Of a DNA stretch of 64,000 nucleotides, positions 9,215 through 17,921 are shown piece by piece. Position 1 is the first letter of the stretch. Each line of letters begins with the position of its first letter. The stretch comes from Candidatus Poseidoniaceae archaeon (GTDB lineage: Archaea > Thermoplasmatota > Poseidoniia > Poseidoniales > Poseidoniaceae). The DNA lies in the NCBI GenBank assembly GCA_938030705.1, contig CALHIR010000005.1, forward strand, positions 23,231-87,230, given 5' to 3'. The notes under the pieces are model-generated. The model was not told where the DNA came from. It searched no databases and saw only the letters and a list, made by a program, of their open reading frames with translations. Made by a program: the position numbers and the translations under genes.

Positions 9215-10441
9215 ATGTCGTCGGATGAGGTCATCTATCCTTGCGAAGACCCCTTGGTTGAACTGAATCATCACATCAAGTTCAAACACCGCTGGCACCG
9301 TTGGAAGTCTGTGGTGGAGAAACCCGTTGGTCAGGTTGATGATGGTCCACGGATTATCATTCATTGCGATTTAGATGCCTTTTATGCAGCGGTTGAAACC
9401 CTTCACCACGGATTTGATGAGGCCGTCCCCCTCATCATCGGTTCAGACCCAAAACAAGGACGAGGTCGGGGTATTGTCTCCACCTGTAACTATGCGGCGA
9501 GAGCCTACGGCATTCGTTCTGCGATGCCGGTATCGGAAGCCTGGCGCCGGTGCCCTGCGACACCGTTCGGACCGGCGATTTACATTCGTGGCACACGCGG
9601 TCTCTACAGCAGAGCGAGCCGAAAGGTGATGGCGGTCCTGCATGAAGTAGCCGACTTGTTTGAAAAGGCCAGTATCGATGAAGCCTACCTCGATGTCACC
9701 GACCATGTGAGTGGTGATTGGGATGCAGCCCTTGCTTTGGCGACCAACTTGCAGCAGAAGATCAAGGAAGTTGTCAGTTTAACAGCGTCTTTTGGCATCG
9801 CTCCAACTCGGCTTGTGGCCAAGATGGCCAGTGAGGTGAACAAACCCAACGGCATCTTTCGGGTAATGCCCGATGAAGTGCAATCGTTTTTCGAAGGACG
9901 TTCTCTTCGTGAGCTTCCTGGCATCGGGCCAAAACGAGCGACTCAACTGGCAGAGTGGGGCTACACCACGGCGGACGAACTCTACGATTTGGGCGAACTC
10001 TCCCTCGCACGGCTTGCTGGGGAACGCTTTGCCGCCTGGTTCATGCGAGTGGTGGACGGCGAGAGCAGCGCTGTCGTGAGCCCCTTACGAAGCCGAAAAT
10101 CAATTGGGAAGGAACACACGTTTGAGCGCGACCAAGCCGACCACGAAGAGGTGATGGAGCGGCTTGAGCAGTTGGTGTCGTTGGTCATGGAACGAGCGGT
10201 AAGTCTGGGGGTCTCGGGACGACTTGCTGAAGTAAAGATTCGATACACGGGGTTTGAAACGCACACGTCCGGACGAAGTATTCCCGTGGCCATGGACGAA
10301 GAAACGGTGTTCAAACGTCTTGCAAATGGATTGTTTGCGACCAATATTCGTCCCGGCTCGTCCGTCCGGCTCATCGGTTTCCGGCTGGGCCAATTGGAAA
10401 TTCCTGAATCCCGCCAGGCCACGCTGTTTGAAGAGGAATAA
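9215..10441 (+). CDS. dinB: Y-family DNA polymerase IV (DinB/Dpo4)
   Basis: IIHCDLDAFYAAVE and SIDEAYLDVT catalytic motifs, FGIAPTRLVAKMAS, and the HhH-like LRELPGIGPK. In-frame GTGs at 9311/9314 are alternative starts and would leave a ~100 nt divergent spacer. Confidence 0.9.
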   Translation: MSSDEVIYPCEDPLVELNHHIKFKHRWHRWKSVVEKPVGQVDDGPRIIIHCDLDAFYAAVETLHHGFDEAVPLIIGSDPKQGRGRGIVSTCNYAARAYGIRSAMPVSEAWRRCPATPFGPAIYIRGTRGLYSRASRKVMAVLHEVADLFEKASIDEAYLDVTDHVSGDWDAALALATNLQQKIKEVVSLTASFGIAPTRLVAKMASEVNKPNGIFRVMPDEVQSFFEGRSLRELPGIGPKRATQLAEWGYTTADELYDLGELSLARLAGERFAAWFMRVVDGESSAVVSPLRSRKSIGKEHTFERDQADHEEVMERLEQLVSLVMERAVSLGVSGRLAEVKIRYTGFETHTSGRSIPVAMDEETVFKRLANGLFATNIRPGSSVRLIGFRLGQLEIPESRQATLFEEE

Positions 10442-10443
10442 CT

Positions 10444-12945
10444 TCACTCCAACTGGTGCATTCGGGTTAGCGTGGCTGCGAAGTCCGTCAACTCTTCTGG
10501 AATGGACACACCAGCAATGGGCTGATTGAGTGAGATGCCAGCTTCTTTCTTCTTGGCCCAGGTCTGACCGTTGAATTCTTGCAGCGAATGCGAGAGGGCA
10601 CAGAGGCGGGTCCCTTCATCGGTTCCGTAGGCGACATCCTCAAGGGGCGCAGCCGGGAAAACATCAACATCGACAGAAGATGTCCCATAGACCGTGCTGG
10701 AAATGTGGTGGGTAAAGAACGGACAGACTGGGCTAAAGGCCGCCATGAAATCTCGGACCATGCGATGAAGGGTCCAGGCAGCTGCTTGGTCATCATCGTA
10801 CAGTCTCGACTTGACCATTTCCAAATAGTGACTTGGTAGCAGGCCAGTCCCGAAGGTCTTCAGCGCTTGAGTCGCCGTGTAGATGTCCAAATTCCTCCAC
10901 GAGGTTTCAACGGTGTGCATCGTGTTTTGGAATTCTGCAAGAATCCACCGGTCTTCGGAAGCCAACGAACTTGGGGGGGCATCAAGGTTCTCCGGAACCT
11001 CGAATTGAGATGCAAATCGTGCGACATTGAACAATTTGGTCAAGATACCAAAATACTTCTTTTCGATCTCTTCGGGATTGATGTGGAAATCGTCACCGAC
11101 TTGAGCATCGCATGCCTTCCACAGTCGGAAACATTCGCTACCGATTTTATTGGCTCGCAATTTGACAGAGCCGTCAGGGCCCTTGACTTGCCAAGAACCT
11201 GTTCGGCCACCTGCACCACATTCGAGGACAGAGTCAGCGTCAATTCCATTGCCGAGGGATTTGCTCATTTTCCGGCCCCACGGGTCCATGCCGAGCCCGT
11301 CAATCCAGACATGTTGGAACCCCGGTTGGTCCAAAACCAGCGTTGACTTCAACAGCGTATAGTACAACCACGTGCGGACAATTTCCTTTCCTTGAGGGCG
11401 AAGCGCCGTTGGGAATGCTTTGGCAAACACTTCGGGATGGTTGAGGTAACCGCTGACAAAGAGGTTGGAGTTTGAAGAGTCCATCCACGTGTCGAACACC
11501 TTCTCTTCTCCTTTCAATCGCCCAAGGGCATCTGCAATGTCTTCGTAGGCACCGAGGTCTTCCCGGGAGATTCGGTCCAAGACTCGACTCCCCTCGGGAG
11601 GTTCATCCTTCCATGGTTGCACATACATTCCAGCGGGTGGCACGACCACTTGCGTTTCGTCTTCGCTGTACCAAATTGGAATTTCAGTGTGGTACCACCG
11701 GCGACGACTGATGGGCCAATCAATGCTGATGTTGTCCATCCAGTCAAGCAAGAATTGACGATTGCGCACAGGGTGGAACTGGATGGATTCAATGTGCTCC
11801 CGCATTCGGTCCTGAATGTGAGTTTGGCGGACATACCACTCTTTGAGCAGGATGATTTCAACCGGATTCTTTCCTCGCTCGGAGACCGGAATGTCTTGGT
11901 CCCGTTCCACGGCTTGAACCAAACGACCGGATTGTTCGAGCAGGTCAATGGCTTGGGTTCTTGCTTCCAATACGGAGAGCCCTTGCAAGGGGCCGGAGAT
12001 TTCCGTCATTTTTCCGTCAAGGTCAATGGCTTGGAACGGCGTAAGTCCCAATTCTCTGAAGACGGCCACGTCGTTTTGGTCGCCAAAGGAACAGACCATC
12101 AAAACGCCCGTCCCGAAATCGGATTTGACCGAGGGGTGTTCCTGGACGGTCACCGTGGTCGAGCGGCCACTGGTATCCACCGGGAGTGAGATTTCTTTGC
12201 CAACCAAGTGTTGGTATCGTTCGTCATCGGGGTGAACCACAACCACGCCGCAAGCACAGATGAGTTCAGGGCGTGTGGTTGAGATGACGAGTTCTGTACC
12301 GTCTTCGCAGGTCCAACGCACATCAACGAGTTTGGTTTTCCGAGGAAGGCGTTCAACTTCGGCGTCTGCGATGGTGGTTCCCTCAACGGGGTCGTAGATA
12401 TTTGGGCGCAGGTCTTCGATGATGTCGCCTTTCTTGAACAACTCAACGAAGATGGATTGCGTCACGCTCCGGTAATCTGGGGCATCCGTCAAGTATTCAC
12501 GAGAAAAGTCGCATGAGAGTCCGACACGTTTCGCGGTGTTTCTCATGGCTTGGGTAAAGGATTCAATGGTGGTTTCACAAAGCTTGAGGAATTCGTCCCG
12601 GTCGTAGGTCTTCATCTTTCGTTTGGTGTTTTTCTCAACGGTAAACTCGATGTTGATGCCGTTTCGGTCAACCCCCCAGGGGAAGTAGACTTCTTTCCCA
12701 AGGAGGCGTTGACTTCGTGCAAGTACATCGATCATCGAGTACTGGGCAACAGCCCCTATGTGCCAGGTGCCAGAGGGGTAGGGGGGAGGCGTGTCGATGA
12801 CGAAAGGCTCTTTGCCGCTCTCTGGATTAAATGCATAACGGCCACTGTAGGCTTCTTCGTCAGCGTAGTGAGCTTCTTGGATGGTCTTTTCGAGGTCGAT
12901 CGACCATCGTTTTTCTGGTATTTTTGGGGCTGGCATGTGCCTCAC
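10444..12945 (-). CDS. valS: Valyl-tRNA synthetase (archaeal type)
   Basis: FVIDTPPPYPSG N-terminal signature, CP1/editing segments TTRPELI...VVVHPDDERY and GTGVLMVCSFGDQNDV, and KMSKSLGN. The HIGH position reads WHIGA (see findings). Confidence 0.8.
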   Translation of the reverse strand: MRHMPAPKIPEKRWSIDLEKTIQEAHYADEEAYSGRYAFNPESGKEPFVIDTPPPYPSGTWHIGAVAQYSMIDVLARSQRLLGKEVYFPWGVDRNGINIEFTVEKNTKRKMKTYDRDEFLKLCETTIESFTQAMRNTAKRVGLSCDFSREYLTDAPDYRSVTQSIFVELFKKGDIIEDLRPNIYDPVEGTTIADAEVERLPRKTKLVDVRWTCEDGTELVISTTRPELICACGVVVVHPDDERYQHLVGKEISLPVDTSGRSTTVTVQEHPSVKSDFGTGVLMVCSFGDQNDVAVFRELGLTPFQAIDLDGKMTEISGPLQGLSVLEARTQAIDLLEQSGRLVQAVERDQDIPVSERGKNPVEIILLKEWYVRQTHIQDRMREHIESIQFHPVRNRQFLLDWMDNISIDWPISRRRWYHTEIPIWYSEDETQVVVPPAGMYVQPWKDEPPEGSRVLDRISREDLGAYEDIADALGRLKGEEKVFDTWMDSSNSNLFVSGYLNHPEVFAKAFPTALRPQGKEIVRTWLYYTLLKSTLVLDQPGFQHVWIDGLGMDPWGRKMSKSLGNGIDADSVLECGAGGRTGSWQVKGPDGSVKLRANKIGSECFRLWKACDAQVGDDFHINPEEIEKKYFGILTKLFNVARFASQFEVPENLDAPPSSLASEDRWILAEFQNTMHTVETSWRNLDIYTATQALKTFGTGLLPSHYLEMVKSRLYDDDQAAAWTLHRMVRDFMAAFSPVCPFFTHHISSTVYGTSSVDVDVFPAAPLEDVAYGTDEGTRLCALSHSLQEFNGQTWAKKKEAGISLNQPIAGVSIPEELTDFAATLTRMHQLE

Positions 12946-13099
12946 CTGGCCCCGTCTCGGTCAATGAGGTGGGTCCAATCCGTCGGATGAGGGGCATCAT
13001 TTCAACCCGTCGGCCGAACGATGAAAGACAAAGCATCAACGCCCGCGGGGAAGGTAAGCCTTTGAAGGTCAATGGTTTGGCCAAGGTTGAGGTGGTGAT

Positions 13100-16000
13100 G
13101 TGGTTTCAGGCGATGACGCATCAAAAAACACCTCGGCACAAGATTCCGTGCCAATTTCCGAAGGAAACCGCCGTCTCGAATCCATCACGGGAGCAAGTCG
13201 GGCGGTCAGAGATCAACTTGTTGGGCAAATGAAAACGATCGATTCCAAACGCACCCTTGATGCCGTGTTGGACGCTCCAAAGCGGTTTAAGCGAGAATGG
13301 CAAAAAACGGGGGCGACGGGAGCCATCACCAAGTTTCCCATACCGACCATCTTGATTTTTCTCTTACTCACCGTTTACTTCGTAACTCAATCTGGTTTCC
13401 TTGACAACACGCAGTTTGACGACGACCCCAACAACCCGGCATTAAACGTGAACGGTGATTTGGAGGTTTACCTCCCCGATGGAAGTCGGGTTGCGGAACT
13501 GATCGGTAAAGTTGAGGAAGATTGGTCGACCAACGTCATGGTTGTTTACATTGAATCCGACAAAAACAACATCACGGATCAACGCATATTGCAAGAGATC
13601 AGTTATGTGGAAAACATCCTCAATCCTTATCTCTCTGATGATTCGGACGACGTGATTTACATCCTTTCTCTTTCCACCGTTCTAAAGGAAGTGAATTCCA
13701 GTGCGCCACGAATCCGGGAAGCCATCATCACAGAACTTGGAGAACTCGGTTGTTCAAACGATCCTACGGATGAATGTCCATCTCGGGATTTCGCTGAAAA
13801 TATAAACGATGGATTGGCGACAACAGATGACACCTTTGGTGGCTCCTATGAAATTCCGAGCCAGACAACCATTGACCTCGTCGTGAGTGAGATGTACACC
13901 GACGAAGGTGAACCTACCGCCGGTATGAATAAACTGGCTCGGGACATTGAGGGCGGTGAAGACGGTGGGCCAGATGGCTTGCTCGACCGCGCTATCATGG
14001 CCATCGCCGTCACGGAAGAGCGACCCGCAAAGGAAATTATTGCAGACACTCAAGAAGTCCTTGACACCATCGCTTCCATGGAACGTGCCTGCTTGTACGA
14101 TGCAAACGGCAATCCCGTTGAATCAGAGGGCGTTTGCACTTGGGAAGACCTTGGTCTCACCATGGTCCTCACCGGACCGGTTCCCATCACAAACGCTGTG
14201 ACTGAATTTTCCTTCAAGTTGTTTTGGGACATCTTCCCGAAGGCGGTTGTCCTCGTGGCCATCGGTCTGTTTGTGTTCCACTCCGACCTACTTCAAGCAG
14301 GGCTGACCGGCATTCGTCCACTTCAAGGGTTCAAGGTCATCGTGATTGCCGGCCTTCCAACGCTTTGTGCCGTCTTTTGGACCTTGGGTCTGATCGGGGC
14401 GACGAATTATGAGGTTACGATGACGGTGATTATCGTCGGTCCAATATTACTCGCGTTGGGGGTGTCGTACGGGTTACACATCACGAATAGGTACGCTGAA
14501 GAAGAGGGATCGAAAAGCGAAAAGATGCGTGCTTCATTGAGTTCCACTGGACGCGCCGTTTTTCTATCCGCCGTCACCACGGTGATTGGTTTCATTTCCT
14601 TGGTCTTCACACCCATGGCCCCCATTCAAACGGTGGGTATTGCGCTTTCGGGGGGCATCGTCATCGTCTATCTCCTCACGATGTTTATGGTGCCCAATTT
14701 GACCCTTATTTTGGATTTGAAGAAGCCAAAGCATCCGCCACTCAAGGCTTTTGATGTCCTTGTTGACATTCCTGTGAAACGAAACAAAGGTGTCATTGGC
14801 GTCTTTATCCTGATGGTTCTGCTCTCGGCCACCATTGGGCAAGCCAACGTTGAGGAGAACATCGATCTGCTCGGCATGGCTCCAGAAGGCGAATCGCCGG
14901 TTGTCAAAATGAAGCAATACAGCCAAGAATTTGAGGCCGGACAGGTCGGAATGATTCTCGTCAACGCCAACGTGAGCGGTGATTTTAACGACGAGGACGT
15001 TTCAAACGATGACCCGGTCGCCATTTTACAGAAAATAGACAATTTGGAGGCATCCCTCAACACCGTTGAAAACACCACCGCAGTTTCGGTTGTTTTCTTG
15101 ATGAAATCCTCCGGTGTTCAGGTGACCATTTCAGGGGAACAGGTCAATGAACTGCTCCAACTCATTCCATGCGGTGGGAACGAACAATGCGAAGACGTCA
15201 AGACCACGGCTGACGTATTACTCAGCCAAAGTCAATCCTTGGATGGCTCCTTTTGGGACCTGCTTAACGACCCCGACGCCTTCGGTTTGCCAGGCTCACA
15301 ACAAAGCCAAATCTTCCTTCTGGACGTTTTTTATGCGTCTCTGACCAAGGAAACCCGTGAAATTTTCGTCAGCGAGGACTTTAGCCGCTCTCTCATCTAT
15401 GTCGATATGCCGTTTATCCCCGTAGCCGATACAGCCAAGAGCGTGGATTCGGTGAACGAAAAAGCTGCCACCTTCCAAGGCCGGTACGGGGAAACGGCAG
15501 AGGAACTGACGGGTGTCGCAGCGACTGCAATCGAGGTCAACGAACTCATCGTTGGTTCTCAATGGACCTCCCTTGGTTTTGCCATCATCTTGACCCTCAT
15601 CACGCTCGCCATTGTCTTCCGGGACATCCGGTACTCAATATGGACCACCTCGCCGGTCATTGCCACGGTGGCTCTTCAATGGCTGGTCATGTGGCAAATG
15701 GACGTTCCATTATCCCTCGTTACGGTCATGATCGGGTCAATTCTCGTTGGCGTTGGCGTAGACTTTTCAATTCACATTTCGAACAGAATACGCGAACTGG
15801 GTGGCGGGATTCAAGCGATACGAAGCGCTGCCGTAGGTACCGGAATGTCGCTCTTTGAGGCCGCCGTGGTCACCTCACTTGGTATGTTCACTGCCTACGA
15901 TATTCCTATTCCAGAGATTAAACCGTTCATCACCGTTATTCTGATTTTGCTGTGGGTTGCCGCCGCTAGTGCCCTGATTCTTCTTCCGGCCATTTTCGTC

Positions 16001-16138
16001 ACGTTGGAAAAGATGGGCATAGGGGCGGTCAGCGGAAGCAACAACATGGCAAAGAAACTCGGCTTAATTCGCAACGTTTCTGCCACCGATGACGTGATGG
16101 AGGCCGCCTTGGTAGACGATGTGGTCGATGCTTGGTGA
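13100..16138 (+). CDS. RND-superfamily/MMPL-type exporter (HAE3-like) with large extracytoplasmic loops
   Basis: Two blocks of ~5-6 hydrophobic helices (around VVLVAIGLFVF...GIVIVYLLTMFMVPNL and LGFAIILTLITLAIVF...LILLPAIFVTL), each preceded by a large soluble domain. This is the typical 12-TM MMPL/RND layout. The track start is a GTG; the first ATG is at 13229. Confidence 0.75.
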   Translation: MVSGDDASKNTSAQDSVPISEGNRRLESITGASRAVRDQLVGQMKTIDSKRTLDAVLDAPKRFKREWQKTGATGAITKFPIPTILIFLLLTVYFVTQSGFLDNTQFDDDPNNPALNVNGDLEVYLPDGSRVAELIGKVEEDWSTNVMVVYIESDKNNITDQRILQEISYVENILNPYLSDDSDDVIYILSLSTVLKEVNSSAPRIREAIITELGELGCSNDPTDECPSRDFAENINDGLATTDDTFGGSYEIPSQTTIDLVVSEMYTDEGEPTAGMNKLARDIEGGEDGGPDGLLDRAIMAIAVTEERPAKEIIADTQEVLDTIASMERACLYDANGNPVESEGVCTWEDLGLTMVLTGPVPITNAVTEFSFKLFWDIFPKAVVLVAIGLFVFHSDLLQAGLTGIRPLQGFKVIVIAGLPTLCAVFWTLGLIGATNYEVTMTVIIVGPILLALGVSYGLHITNRYAEEEGSKSEKMRASLSSTGRAVFLSAVTTVIGFISLVFTPMAPIQTVGIALSGGIVIVYLLTMFMVPNLTLILDLKKPKHPPLKAFDVLVDIPVKRNKGVIGVFILMVLLSATIGQANVEENIDLLGMAPEGESPVVKMKQYSQEFEAGQVGMILVNANVSGDFNDEDVSNDDPVAILQKIDNLEASLNTVENTTAVSVVFLMKSSGVQVTISGEQVNELLQLIPCGGNEQCEDVKTTADVLLSQSQSLDGSFWDLLNDPDAFGLPGSQQSQIFLLDVFYASLTKETREIFVSEDFSRSLIYVDMPFIPVADTAKSVDSVNEKAATFQGRYGETAEELTGVAATAIEVNELIVGSQWTSLGFAIILTLITLAIVFRDIRYSIWTTSPVIATVALQWLVMWQMDVPLSLVTVMIGSILVGVGVDFSIHISNRIRELGGGIQAIRSAAVGTGMSLFEAAVVTSLGMFTAYDIPIPEIKPFITVILILLWVAAASALILLPAIFVTLEKMGIGAVSGSNNMAKKLGLIRNVSATDDVMEAALVDDVVDAW

Positions 16139-16176
16139 GCGTTGAGTCCATAGACCCCTTTGGTCTCCGAAGGACC

Positions 16177-16647
16177 ATGAACCACTGGTTAATGAAATCC
16201 GAATTGGATGTCTACCCGTACAGTCAACTTGTCGCCGACGGTTGGACCCATTGGGATGGGGTGCGGAATTACCAGGCTCGAAACATGATGAGGGACGCCA
16301 TGAAGGAAGGGGATTTGGTGCTTTTTTACCATTCCAACACCAAACCTCCACATGTGGCTGGTGTGGCTCGTGTCATCAAAGAGGGTTACGGAGATTTCAC
16401 TTCGTGGGATGCCTCAAGCAAGTACTTTGATGAAAAGTCCACGGCCGAGAACCCGCGCTGGTTCATGGTGGATATTGAGCCCGTTTGTTCGTTGAACATG
16501 GTGCCTCTTCAAGACATGAAAGACAATCCGAATTTAGAGGGTATGCCGCTGATTCAACGTGGTCAGCGGCTTTCCGTTCAACCCGTCGCAGAGGAACACT
16601 TTGCTGAAGTTCTTCGAATGTCGGGTGTTGATGCTGCCGATTTGTAA
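16177..16647 (+). CDS. EVE (PUA-like) domain protein
   Basis: NHWLMKSE...WDGVRNYQARNMMRDAMKEGDLVLFYHSN...VAGVARVIKEGY matches the EVE/thymocyte-nuclear-protein-like pattern. Start taken at the ATG at 16177, after the MMPL stop. Confidence 0.7.
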   Translation: MNHWLMKSELDVYPYSQLVADGWTHWDGVRNYQARNMMRDAMKEGDLVLFYHSNTKPPHVAGVARVIKEGYGDFTSWDASSKYFDEKSTAENPRWFMVDIEPVCSLNMVPLQDMKDNPNLEGMPLIQRGQRLSVQPVAEEHFAEVLRMSGVDAADL

Positions 16648-16656
16648 ACAGGTGAG

Positions 16657-17886
16657 ATGATGACAAAACCGGTGCCAGTCTCCTCACGAGCAGCCAACAT
16701 AGAATACGCCATTCGAGATGTTGTCGTTCCCGCCGTCCAATTGGAGGCGGAAGGGCATGAAATCATCAAATTAAACATCGGCGATCCCATTGCTTACCCC
16801 GGTTTGCCAACGCCTCCCCATATGGTTGATGCCTACGTGGACGCCTTAAAGAGCGGTAAAAACGGGTATTCTCCATCCTACGGTCTGCCGCAACTCCGCC
16901 AAGCCATCGCTGACGACGAACGTCGAAAAGGGTGGGAGGCCAAAGCCGAGGACGTCTACGTGTGCCACGGTGTCACTGAGGCCCTGCAACTGATTTTTGC
17001 TGCCGTCCTTGAGGAGGGTTCCAAGGTTCTCGCCCCTGGTCCCCATTACCCTCCGTACATGGCTTATCCCCAAATGTTTGGAGCTGAAACGATTGAGTAC
17101 CAACTGCATCAAAACGACGGCTGGAAACCAGATTTCGACGATATCGCATCAAAAATGGACAACGATGTTCGCTTGTTGGTCTTGATCAACCCCAACAACC
17201 CTTGTGGGACGGTCTGTGGTGCAGAGGACGTGGATAAGCTGTTGGCCATTGCCCGTGAATATCCAAATTGCATCGTTGTCGCCGATGAGATTTACGATGG
17301 GTTGGACTTTACTGGACGACATGTCTCCGTTGCAAGCCGAAGTTCGGATGTTCCCGTTATTGCCCTCAATGGTGTTTCCAAGGTCTACTATGCACCGGGT
17401 TGGCGCATCGGATACATGGCTCTTCATGATCCTTCAAGTCGCCTTGAACTTGTTCGCGATGGAATTGAGCGTTTGCTTCGCTCAAGGCTTTGCGCTTCAA
17501 CACCAGCGCAAATGGGGTATCTTGCTGGACTGACTGGGGATCGGGCGTGGATGAGTGCGTATGCCAACCGCGTTATGAAGCAACGAGATCATTGTCTGAA
17601 GCGAATTGCCGCCATTGACGGTTTGGAAGTCGAGCAGCCAGGTGGGGCCTTCTACATGTTCATTCGACTTGCAGATGAGCATTGGGCAGCCGACGACAAA
17701 GCCTTCGTGTTGCGCCTCCTTCATGAAGAGCATGTCCTCCTGGTTCACGGAAGCGGATTTTCTCCCGAACTCGGTAAAGGTCACATTCGTCTGGTTTATC
17801 TAGCGGACATTGAGGTCCTTGATGAGGCCTTTGACCGAATAGAACGTTTCCTGCAAAAGTATCGCCGTACACCGGTCATTTCGTAG
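16657..17886 (+). CDS. Class I/II pyridoxal-phosphate aminotransferase (alanine/aspartate aminotransferase-like)
   Basis: LNIGDP, GYSPSYGLPQLRQAI, INPNNPCG, ADEIYD and SKVYYAPGWRIGY (PLP-Lys region). Confidence 0.85.
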   Translation: MMTKPVPVSSRAANIEYAIRDVVVPAVQLEAEGHEIIKLNIGDPIAYPGLPTPPHMVDAYVDALKSGKNGYSPSYGLPQLRQAIADDERRKGWEAKAEDVYVCHGVTEALQLIFAAVLEEGSKVLAPGPHYPPYMAYPQMFGAETIEYQLHQNDGWKPDFDDIASKMDNDVRLLVLINPNNPCGTVCGAEDVDKLLAIAREYPNCIVVADEIYDGLDFTGRHVSVASRSSDVPVIALNGVSKVYYAPGWRIGYMALHDPSSRLELVRDGIERLLRSRLCASTPAQMGYLAGLTGDRAWMSAYANRVMKQRDHCLKRIAAIDGLEVEQPGGAFYMFIRLADEHWAADDKAFVLRLLHEEHVLLVHGSGFSPELGKGHIRLVYLADIEVLDEAFDRIERFLQKYRRTPVIS

Positions 17887-17921
17887 GAGAATTCATCAAT
17901 CCAAACCTTGGCGATGAACTC

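Noticed and set aside
12946-13228. Up to 283-nt divergent spacer between valS and the MMPL gene, inspected for a tRNA, riboswitch or small RNA
   Set aside because: I found only a weak 5-bp hairpin (GGCAC...GTGCC) and a short direct repeat (CCGTCGG), with no T-loop or anticodon-arm pattern. An in-frame GTG at 13100 may simply extend the MMPL gene.
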